Of a stretch of DNA of 64,000 nt, positions 12,974 to 24,189 are shown piece by piece. The translations under genes and the position numbers were made by a program. Source of the stretch: Octopus sinensis (taxonomy: Eukaryota). Every line of letters begins with the position of its first letter. Positions within the stretch are counted from its first letter, which is position 1. The stretch lies in NCBI RefSeq assembly GCF_006345805.1, contig NC_043002.1, forward strand, positions 9,548,001 to 9,612,000, written 5' to 3'. The notes under the pieces were generated by a model. That model ran no database searches. It was not told the origin of the DNA and worked only from the letters and a program-made list of their open reading frames with translations.

Positions 12974-13341
12974 CTCTTTTATTTCTTTCTCATTTGACTG
13001 CGGCCATGCTGGAGCACCGCCTTTAGTCGAACAAACCGACCCTACAACTCGCTCTTTGTAAGCCTAGTATTTATTCTATCGGTCACTTTTGCCGAACCGC
13101 TAAGTTACAGAGGCGTAAACACATCAGCATCGGTTGTCAAGAGATAGTGGGGGACAAACAAAGACACAAACATATATACGACGGGCTTCTTTCAGTTTCA
13201 GTCTACCAAATCCACTCACAAGGCTTTGGACAACCCGAGGCTATAGTAGAAGACACTTGCCCAAGGTACCACGCAGTGGGACTGATCCCGAAACCAAGTG
13301 TTTGGTAAGCAAACTACTTACCACACAGCCACTCCTGCGCC
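12974..13341 (-). mobile_element. SINE family B, full length
   Basis: Reverse complement of the 20272-20641 copy. Confidence 0.9.
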
Positions 13342-15408
13342 TATTTACCTTCAATTTATACTTTTATATCTATTGTAAATAAGAATGGGCGAAAGTAAAG
13401 AATACCCACACCCGGTGTTTAAGGTTAGGGGTTTTTGTTACGCCGAAAACGGGTGGTGTACGTATTGTTGTTGATGATGAAGGGTCTGTTCAATTGTTTT
13501 GACTAAAGTTTTCCAAAGATCTATTTAAATATAAAAACGTTACATTTCTTTCCTCCTCACCACAAGGACGGATATCTTGGTATTAAAATATTTTTTAGAA
13601 TAAAAGCAGAGTTTGTGCTGAAATGCGCAACATACCCGCAGCAATTCGAACTATTGTTGATAAACTTTTCCCTTAAGTTTTAATGAAATCTTTATTCAGA
13701 AAAGTAATTTCAGTGTTGTCGATAAATTTCTTAATAAAGTGCTCTGATGAAGTAAAGACGAAAGTCTCACCAGTTGAAGTCCCTTGGTTTCATGATGTTG
13801 ATTTGATTTGGCTTTTTACGTTCTGAGTTCAAATCTCGCCGAGGTCAACTTTACCTTTCTTCCTTCTCTGTTAAGCTCTGTGCCAATTGTAGAAACGATT
13901 ATTAAGAAATATAATCACACAGGGAGTGTACTTACGTCTCTCTCTCTCTCTCTTGTGTACAGGTGGTTGTTAGAAAATACTCATGAAAAGAACAAGGAGT
14001 GTAATGATAGGTTCTTTATGTTGATAGTATTACTTCCGTTCAAAGAAAACTCATTGTTTACGGTTTTACGTAGTGACTTCTATGATTCAACGATAGAACA
14101 GTTCGGTGCGAAGGCGTGTCTGCTGATTGAAATTATTTACATAGGTAAATTCACTAGTTTTATTATTACAGCCTCAAATTTAATATCTTATTTCACACAT
14201 GACTTAGTTCCTACATTGAAATATCTGTTCACTTTGCGAACTAAACCAGATTGTTTAGCCCTAGGTAAACAATTTGAGCAGAATTAGCAGACCTGTGGCT
14301 AAAGGTATTTCCAGCTTTGACCACACGGTTTTTGTTCTTCTCATACAGGAACCATATTATCTACACTTTTAAAGACAAGTAGAGTGTGTTATGAGGATAT
14401 GGTTTCACTGCTATTTCTAGCAGGACTAGCGACTACTTTGAAGCACCCTGGTTACCAGAGCCAAGTATGTAAATGAAATAGTATACGACACAACAATGCT
14501 GAAAGTTGGCCGAGCATGCCGCCCATTGGTAGATGTTACACTTAAAACTATTTATTGACTTACTTGACCTCGACCAACAATACTGCCTCAAGCAGGTTTA
14601 TTATTATTATTTTTTTTATCAATTCATGTAGTTTTAAGTCCCCGTTTTTGCTCTTTTTTCCTCCTATTCGTCTTCACTTAACATTTACTATTTCGTCATT
14701 CAGACGTGTGTACCTCATTAGTAGTTGTACCATTTCCGCTTTCTTCCTCGTGTCATAATCTCTCGCACTCACACAGGTACACACACCATATGGAGATATT
14801 TAAAAAGAATCTTACTTAGCAAGGCTTCGTAACAATATTACACCTACTGCTTTGCTCTCGGAAAATGCGTCAAGACACGCACCTCGTCTCTAATGAGAGA
14901 TCTCTCGACATTTGATTGTCTAATACATAAGGAATCACCAACATCTTTTGTATGAACATAGCCATCGCTTATTTGTCAGCATGAAGAACTTTAATGGGTA
15001 ACACGTTTTACCTATATGGGTGACCTCATCAGGAGCTGCTGCTGACTATCAACTGAGATAAAAGCGAAGGAGTGTAACAAGAAAACGAAGGCCTGTCGCC
15101 GACCAACTCCTACCCCAGGCTCCTCATCCAATTATCAGCAGCTCCAACGAAAAGCAGCAGCATGCCAAACTATCGTTTTTCTCATCCTTATCACACTTAC
15201 TGCTGTTATTTACCAACTTCTCTAGTTTATGGCTTTCTACACGGTCGGTATTTGGTACCGTTGCCAACATCGTATCACGATTGCTTATTTCTTTTACACC
15301 GGGACAACATACCAGCAGCAACATAATCCTCATCTCACTGCTACACAAAGCTAAGTTGGAGGTTGAGCGGTGTCTCCCCTCCACCTCGCTCGAAAACACC
15401 CGATCGGT

Positions 15409-18085
15409 ATGGGTGAAGATAGTGGATACTTTAGCCGCCGCTCCTGCCAGTTTCGACTTCCTACACGAAAGCAACACCAACAACAAACAGATACGGGTAA
15501 CTGCAAGAAAAAAAGTTCTAATGGATACGACTGTAATGCTACGACTACTACTACTAGTTCGGTTGCCAACTGCATAAATAAAAGCGAAGCTATAACAACC
15601 AGTGGCTGTTGTGATGCTGTTACTGCTGCTAACAATTATAACAATACTTCTATTACTGTTGCTAATTGTACCAATAACAACTGTCGTGCCGATCTTAATA
15701 GCAACAATTCCGGAGATCACTGCTACTCTTGTGATCGCCTACAATTTGATCTGCGATGCAGACCAGTGGAACAAAATGAAGTTTCCCCTCTCTCCCCAGG
15801 ACAGGTGCTTGATGAAGGAACTGAAGACAGGACAAATTGTAACCCTTCAAATAGTTTAAACAGTTCAATTAATAGCTGTTCACAATTAGTTGATGGCGTG
15901 AGAGATGCTAACAACGACACTACGTGTACATCCAATTTACCGAGTAGCTTCTACAGTCGACCGGTACATCAAGTTGGTAGTTCTGCTATCGACACAGATA
16001 CTACTTATAATACTGGAAGTAGTAGTTCTAGTGGTGGTTATTACGCTCAGACGAACAACAGTTGTGGCCGAACGACGTTTTCTCCAAACAGTATACTCCA
16101 TTTGAAATACACGGATCTCAAGGATTTGAACTCTTATAGAAATTTATGTAACGTGTTTACGGACGAACAGGATTTTGAAGAATTTAAACAAGAATTACAA
16201 GACTTCCAGTGTCTGAAAGAAAGTCTTCAGAAAAGTGGATGTAATCACGACTACCAAGCATCTCCACTGCGCGAAACACCAGAAAATATTGAAGAACAAT
16301 TGGTCCAAAATAACAGAATCGGAATCAGCCCGAGTAATAGCCCAATTTTAACCAGTATTAACCAGCAGGATCAACAAAGCAATAAACTTAACAATAATAG
16401 TATCTGTGATGATCAAAATGCGAATTGTTTAACATTGCAACAGGAAAGTTTCTCTACACGTAACTCTGGAGGAATTCTTGGTTCTGATATTTTACCTGTT
16501 CCTCTTGCTACTGCACCAGCAGCTTCTCTTTCGAGTTTACATCCTTCTTCAGAAACTTCGTCATCATGCCAACCTCGTTTTGTTAACACCTGTATTTCTT
16601 CCTCACCGACGCCAAGCAGTTGTAATAAAGCCAGAATCGCAAGTTCCATAAGCAGACGAAGTTCTTCAAACTCCTCGCCCCCTCTGAAGTATTTATCGTC
16701 GTCTTTCAGAAACGCATTAGCCCCACATGACATGTTAATGGACTTTTTCAAAAGTGATGAGAATTTCCAGGAGTTCGAACGGGAGTTTGCTAACCTGGAT
16801 AATGATTTCAATGTGTTCGGTCAACTTGGTCGAATAGAGGACAGTGAAGATGGAGACGAAGTATTTGCAACTAGAGATAGAAAACGTGATGTCGAGAGTG
16901 AAGGGCGAAGTTCGATTCCTATGGAAATTAATGTTCAACAGGATAGTAATGCTTGTAGTTCGAATGGACACAAACCACTGACTGAACTAAGGGTTAGACA
17001 CAGTCCAGCTGGGGCTAAACAAGATGTTGCAGTAGCGAAAGGTACTGGGAAAAATGATTCTTTTTCAGATTTCTTTGACAATGACGAAGATTTCAAGGAA
17101 TTTGAGAAAGAATTTGCTAACTTCAAACTGCGGAGAAGATCACGAGCTTTTGCCGATGATTTTAACAGACGTTCAAATTGCGACCTGTTTGCTGATTTTT
17201 TCCCCAAGTTTGAAAATCAGGAAAAAATCGAACGGCGAAATCGTGGATCTGCAAATGATTGGGATTATTTATTTAACAAAATCAAAAGAAACAGTGGATT
17301 TTTGACGGATGTTAATGAACTGCAAGGTACACCTTGTGAAATATCTCAGAACCCCACGTTTTTGGCCATACAACCTCCCAAAAGAACTACTGAAGATATT
17401 TCAACACCACTTTGCAGAACAAACGAAAATCCAGCGAGAAAACCCATCGAAATCGCCGTCCAACGACGACCTCCTCTCCCACCTCTCGTAACAAAACATC
17501 CACACTTTCCATGTGGGCGACACAACAGCCCAAGTTCACAGAAAAAGCCTTTGGAATTAAAGATTGAACATGTATCCTCTCCAGTATCGCTTAATTTCCG
17601 AAATGACAGCCCCGTTCCGATGCGAAAACCCACATTAATAGATGAGGCAGATAGGGAAGAGTCCCATGTAGGTGCATCTCCGACAGTATTACATATCGAT
17701 GAAACTCCCGTATCTAATAACCCAGACTCCACTACTGGTACAACTGATGCTTCTAATAGTGCAGAAGAACTTTCTCACATTATTATTGAACATCATTTCA
17801 CTGGTGGTGTTTCCAAACCAACTCTTACCATTACTAGGAGGACGAATAAATCGCTGGATGAAGACAGCGAAAGCCAACCTCCCGTTTCTAAGCACTCACA
17901 GCAATTGCCCGAGCTGAGGGATAGACGTTGCCACACGGACCCCACTAGGATTATTATAGAGCACAGGTTTTCTCCCCGTGAGCTTGAACCCGGTTCTAGT
18001 AAACAGAATAGGTTTTCTACTGCATTGGAATTTTTACAAGATGTGGATTCTGACAAAGTTAAGGATAAGGAGAAACCACACAAAG
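15409..18085 (+). CDS. Large (probably first) coding exon of an unidentified gene; Ser/Asn/Thr/Pro-rich, mostly disordered, about 892 codons
   Basis: 936-aa ORF 15370-18180, far longer than any other in the window. In-frame TGA at 15364-15366 precedes the first ATG at 15409 (cggtATGg, good Kozak context). Strong donor AAG|GTAAGC at 18085/18086 (phase 1), after which the sequence becomes AT-rich and intron-like. No transposon domain motifs recognised. Confidence 0.85.
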
Positions 18086-18380
18086 GTAAGCAAACCAATA
18101 ATAATAGATCGACGGGTTTTGTGGAAGTCGTCATTTATTTCGATTGTTCTAATTTTCTTATTGATGTTTATGTGAATTGAGTTCGATTTCTAAATAATAA
18201 TTTTTATTTTTTTAATATGTTCAAATAAACTCCTTATTACATATCCATGCATATGTGATGTATTTGTCGTGTGTGTGTTGGTGTCTCCAATATATACCTA
18301 TAAATATAGTTTTAATTGAAGATGAAAAAAACTTTGAGAACTATTACTATGTGCTGTAATTGTAATACGCCACAGCGCTT

Positions 18381-18413
<33 letters not shown>

Positions 18414-19410
18414 ATGTATATATAAACATTATATATATGTGTGTGTGTATGTATGTATATATATAAACATATATGTGTGTATGTATGTATATATATATAA
18501 ACATTATATGTGTGTGTGTATGTATGCATATATATAAACATTATATATATGTGTGTATGTATGTATATATATATATATAAACATTATATGTGTGTGTGTA
18601 TGTATATATATATATATAAACATTATATATATATGTGTATGTATATATATATATAAACATTATATATATGTATGTATATATATATAAACATTATATATAT
18701 GTATGTATATATATATATAAACATTATATATATGTATGTATATATATATATAAACATTTATATATGTATGTATATATATATATAAACATTATATATATGT
18801 ATGTATATATATATATAAACATTATATATATATATGTGTGTGTATGTATATATATATATATATAAACATTATTTATATGTGTATGTATATATATATATAT
18901 AAACATTATTTATATGTGTATGTATATATATATATATATAAACATTATTTATATGTGTATGTATATATATATATAAACATTATTTATATATATGTGTGTG
19001 TATGTATATATATATATATATAAACATTATTTATATGTGTATGTATATATATATAAACATTATTTATATGTGTATGTATATATATATATAACATTATATA
19101 TATATATGTGTGTGTGTATGTATATATATATATAAACATTATTTATATGTGTATGTATATATATATATAAACATTATTTATATGTGTATGTATAATATAT
19201 AAACATTATATATATGTATGTATATATATATATAAACATTATTTATGTGTGTATGTGTATATATATATATATATAAACATTATTTATATGTGTGTATGTA
19301 TATATATATATATATATATAATATATATATATAAACATTATATATATGTGTGTGTGTATGTATGTATATATATAAACATTATATATATATATAAACAAAC
19401 ATTATAAATT
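18381..19410. repeat. Compound minisatellite: aaacatt anchor plus (TA)n/(TG)n, unit about 30-40 bp
   Basis: Recurrent tataaacattat(t)tatatgtgtatgtatatat; explains the YI/CV-rich spurious ORFs. Confidence 0.95.
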
Positions 19411-20271
19411 ATTTATAAATGCACCTACGTAACACATTTCTCCGAAGGTTTTTCGCTTGAACATTATTATTGTCAGTTCAGGTCCGTTTGTCGTTTAAAC
19501 GGAGTTCTTTTATTATTTATTTCGTTTGAGTAAAGCGCATGATTGCTTCCGGATGGTTTTTGATCCAAACACGAGCTGCTATTTCCAGCAGATCGAGCGA
19601 CCGACCACACAGAGGCCGTCTCGCTAACTCGATGTGTATACTTGAAGAAGCAGAGAATTCAAGGCTGCTCTGTCCTAGGTTTACCGTTTTTTTTTTGTTC
19701 TTACTCTCATCACGTTTCAAGTGTTGTAAGTTGTTATACGTTCAGCTGACTATTTTTCAATTATTTACATTCACCCAGTTCTACCGCCTTACACCAAGCC
19801 ATACGAGCAGCACTCCACTGGATAATATTTGCATTGCTACAAAGATTAACTGGGAATTTACTAAGTCAACACACCTTTCTTGTCTACGTTTGTTGATCTG
19901 AATTATAAAAAGAAAGTTAGTAATTGCTGCAGAAAGAAGTAGGAAAATAGCTCAAACGAAGACAAAAACTTTGGGATAGTTTGTTTCTTTGTTAGAACTC
20001 GGTTAAATTTCAAATGTAGGTACGCGCGCGCGCGCAAGACAGTTTTAGAATAGGGGTCTGTTTGTCTCAGCTTTTGGAAAATCAGAGAAATCTGTGAAAC
20101 CAGTCAAGTCTTTAAAAATTCAAAAGTAAAAAAAAAAATCTAAATGAATTCCCGTGCATATTCAACTTCTTTTTTGTTGATATTTCTTACCTGCATGGAA
20201 TAAAATAACCTTGTTTTATATATACATACACACACGCATATATATGTATATACACACATTATATACATATA

Positions 20272-20641
20272 GGCGCAGGAGTGGCTGTGTGGTAAGTAGC
20301 TTGCTTACCAACCGCACGGTTCCGGGTTCAGTCCCACTGCGTGGCACCTTGGGCAAGTGTCTTCTACTATAGCCTTGGGCCGACCAAAGCCTTGTGAGTG
20401 GATTTGGTATATATATGTATATATATGTATGTGTATGTGTTTGTGTGTCTGTTTTTGTCCCCCTAGCATTGCTTGACAACCGATGTTGGTGTGTTTACGT
20501 CCCCGTCACTGAGCGGTTCGGCAAAAGAGACCGACAGAATAAGTACTAGGCTTACAAAGAATAAGTCCCGGGGTCGATTTGCTCGACTAAAGGCGGTGCT
20601 CCAGCATGGCCGCAGTCAACTGACTGAAACAAGTAAAAGAG
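20272..20641 (+). mobile_element. SINE family B, near full length
   Basis: ggcgcaggagtggctgtgtggtaag head, ccttgggcaagt CORE-like motif, aacaagtaaaagag tail. Confidence 0.9.
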
Positions 20642-20877
20642 TATATGTATACACACACACACACACAGGCGCTTCGTAGCCACGTGCTTTTCATGCACTT
20701 CTTTTTCCCTTCTCTCTGGACCTTATTCCTCTGCTCTTCCTGATGAAGAGCAATGCCTGAAATATATACACTCTCTCTTTTTCCCCATCTTATACTGAGT
20801 GTCAACCTGATATATTATTCCATGTGTACAACCTTTTGATTTTTGTTTTGTTATTTTTATTTTTTGATTTGCCTATT

Positions 20878-20942
<65 letters not shown>

Positions 20943-20984
20943 ATCTCTCGCTTTACGGATGTGGTATATTTCCAAAAATATACT

Positions 20985-21215
20985 GGTGGCGAGCTGGCAG
21001 AATTGTTAGCACGCCGGGCGAAATGCTTAGCGGTATTTCGTCTGCCGCTACGTTGTGAGTTCAAATTCCGCCGAGGTCGACTCTGCCTTTCATCCTTTCG
21101 GGGTCGATAAATTAAGTACCAGTTACGCACTGGGGTCGATGTAATCGACTTAATAACTATGTCTGTCCTTGTTTGTCCCCTCTATGTTTAGCCCCTTGTG
21201 GGTAATAAAGAAATA
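20985..21215 (+). mobile_element. SINE family A monomer with 17-bp TSD
   Basis: TSD ggtatatttccaaaaat at 20963-20979 and 21216-21232. Confidence 0.95.
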
Positions 21216-21724
21216 GGTATATTTCCAAAAATCTGTTTGTAATGTGAAATTTCATAGTGCAAAGTTAATTTTCCTATTATCAAATGAGATTGCATTGTTA
21301 TGGACTCCGTCAAAAGAAAAAAAAATGCACAGGTAAGCAATAGAGAACAAGCAACACACTCACCTTTATACATGAAAATAATTTCTATACTTACACGGTA
21401 TGAAATAGATACATAAAAGCAAAAACATTGCAAGTGGAATGAGTTGGAGAATCAATAAGAATCAAAATATTGTAAGAGTACATTCTTAGCACAAAAGATG
21501 TTGACTACTGTGTGAGGAATGCTGGTAGAATGAGCATTACTAGGAGGATGAGGAACAATTTTTACCATCTTACAGTTCATTATCACCAACATCGGCTTGA
21601 GGGATGAAAAACTTATCCTAAGTTGTTTGTTGTTTATAACACATCATCTCTCTTTGTACAGCTCAGGATAGGAACTGGGCTCATTATAAACTCCTCTTGT
21701 AATTTTTATGCTACATTCCGTATG

Positions 21725-22138
21725 AAAAAAAGCACCAACCGTTCGTGGCTGCTGCCAGCCTACCCTGGCACGTAAAAAGCACCATCCGCACGTGGTTGAT
21801 GCCAGCGCCACCATGACTGGCTTCCGTGCTGGTGGCACGTAGAAAGCACCAACCGATCGTGGCCGTTGCCAGCCTACCCTAGCACCTGTGCCGGTGGCAC
21901 GTAAAAAGTACCAACCGATCGTGGTCATTGCCAGCCTCCCCTGGCACCTGTGCTGGTGGCACATAAAAGCACCCACTACACTCATGGAGTGGTTGGCGTT
22001 AGGAAGGGCATCCAGCTGTAGAAACACTGCCAGATCAGACTGGGCCTGGTGCAGCCATCTGGCTTCCCAGACCCCGGTCGAACATTCCAACCCATGCTAG
22101 CATGGAAAATGGACGTTGAACGACGATGATAATGATGA
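21725..22138 (+). mobile_element. RTE LINE 3' end with tandem subrepeats
   Basis: Repeated ggcacgtaaaaagcacc units, core, tail. Confidence 0.85.
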
Positions 22139-22329
22139 GGATCATTATCAGCAAAAGCCTGCAGACCTTCCTTTGTAATTAACCAACCTTTTCATAGTAA
22201 TTTTTGTCGTCAGTTTAAGTGGTGCAGGTGGAACTTCTCTCAAATCCTCCTATGTCCCTTGCAAGTGTCACAATAATCTTTCTGAAATTCATATAGACTT
22301 TCTGCTTGAAGAAAACTTGTAATGCCATG

Positions 22330-22760
22330 GATACAGTCTGACCATTTACTCTCCCAAGCACTATTGAAGGTTGAAGGTTTCACCCACCCCATGATTCAGC
22401 TAGATTATCCACAACATCCATTATAATGAATTTCTTCTTGGAATCTCTAACTGTAGGTTTATCCTCCTTGTTAATTGCTTTCATATGTTGTTTGAAAGTT
22501 CTCATAATAAGTCTTGGTCTATTGGCTGGAGTGTTCTTGGGGATATATTCCGACTCTCACATTATCAAAAAGGTCATCTAAGTTCACTGCTTGTCTTGGG
22601 AAATATGTCTGGCACTGTACCTTGTATACTGAAGCACAAAAAATGTTTGTAGCTAATCTTTGAAAAGTCTCTTAGTAATCCATGCCTTTTTATTTGAATG
22701 TGAAACCAGAGGTAGATCAAAGTATGTGCAATCCTAGAATGCCCTTTAGGTTTTCAGAGT
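22330..22760 (-). pseudogene. pogo/Tigger-like DDE transposase remnant
   Basis: Minus strand gives LQPIDQD (cf. LQPMDQG) and KKFIIMDVVDNLAESW...W..KWSDC; frameshifted. Confidence 0.55.
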
Positions 22761-23490
22761 GATACACATAACATATAGGCACCAGGCTTGCCGAGCCTGG
22801 TACTATTGCATCAAATTTGGTACTTTTGGTGTGTGGTTAATACACTACAGTAATTTGCTACTTTTTTTTCAAATTTTTTTGCTTTATGTAAAAAATAACT
22901 CAGCACAAAGTTTTGTCAGTGAACAGGTCACGGTCTCAAAATGACAAAAATATTTTGACAAATTAAATGTTGAAGTGAATCTAACGGTTTTTGTGTGTTT
23001 CTTAAATGGCTTATAAATACCTTCCACACTGCAATTGTTTTCTTTCCAGCACACGATCTCAGATCAAGTCACTCGCTATGCAAGTACATCTCATCTCTGT
23101 AAAAAATAAGTTTACAGCATATGTAAGTGAACAATGTAAAAATACTTTACATTACTGTTGGACTAACTATTTTATATCAAAATATATCTTGCGACATTTT
23201 ATAACGAGGCAGTTTATAGCTAATTGGTAGCTAATTGGTTTAGAATGTGTTCAATACATATATTGTATGTACCATCCAATATTGCTGCTTTGCCACCTCT
23301 AATGCCAGTCAGTAGCATGTTTTATACATAAATGACAAGTGCTTCCTTACTATCTCGTTAAATGTTTAGCAATTACAAGTGATGAGCAAGAATACGAATG
23401 ATAAAAGCGGTGATGAGATTGACTTAGGTTTAACTCTGCCAAAGGAAAGAATTAAACAAAAGTGGAAAACTGACCGACTTTTGGCAGCAG

Positions 23491-23670
23491 TGCTGTTTCA
23501 TTACAGAACATAACTCACCTGTGAGATTTATGGATCATTTACCTGGACTAATTCAAAATGCATGTTTTGATTCCAAAATAGCTAAAGATATCAAATGTGC
23601 AAGAACCAAAGATACTCAAATATATAAAAATGTTTTAGGCCCTTATTGCTTTGAAAACCTCATTAAACAG
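23491..23670 (+). pseudogene. hAT transposase fragment
   Basis: CCFITEHNSPVRFMDHLPGLIQNACFDSKIAKDIKCARTKDTQIYKNVLGP, matching the hAT EHN..DH..DSKIA..C.RTK signature. Confidence 0.8.
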
Positions 23671-23687
23671 TGAAAAGAGTGCAATAC

Positions 23688-24163
23688 ATCATCATCATCA
23701 TCATCATCAATTAACGTCCGCTTTCCATGCTAGCATGGGTTGGACGGTTCAACTGGGGTCTGGGGAGCCCGAAAGCTGCACCAGTCCAGTCAGATCTGGC
23801 AGTGTTTCTACAGCTGGATGCCCTTCCTAACGCCAACCACTCCGAGAGTGTAGTGGGTGATTTTATGTGCCACCGACACAGGTGCCAGACGAGGCTGGCA
23901 AACGGCCACGCTCGGATGGTGTTTTTTATGTGCCACCGACACAGGTGCCAGACGAGGCTGGCAGACGGCCACGCTCGGATGGTGTTTTTTATGTGCCACC
24001 GACACAGGTGCCAGACGAGGCTGGCAGACGGCCACGCTCGGATGGTTTTTTATGAGGCTGGCAAACGGCCACGATCGGATGGTGCTTGTTACGTGCCCAC
24101 AGCACGGAGGCCAGTCGATGCGGTACTGGCTACGGCCACGTTCGGATGGTTTTCTTATGTGCC
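23688..24163 (-). mobile_element. RTE LINE 3' end with three 63-bp tandem subrepeats
   Basis: (CAT)n, reverse core, repeated tgtgccaccgacacaggtgccagacgaggctggca. Confidence 0.9.
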
Positions 24164-24189
24164 ATGTGCCACAAAGATACAAATTCCAT

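Noticed and set aside
13744-13785. CTGATGA...GAAA hammerhead-like motif
   Set aside because: Only a 2-bp stem II and no convincing stems I or III
15124-18175. Many short ORFs overlapping the 936-aa ORF on both strands
   Set aside because: Shadows of the real coding frame
18086-18180. Last 31 codons of the long ORF as true C-terminus
   Set aside because: They follow a strong GTAAG donor and are probably intron read-through, although an unspliced isoform cannot be excluded
18298-19023. YI/CV-rich ORFs
   Set aside because: Microsatellite translations
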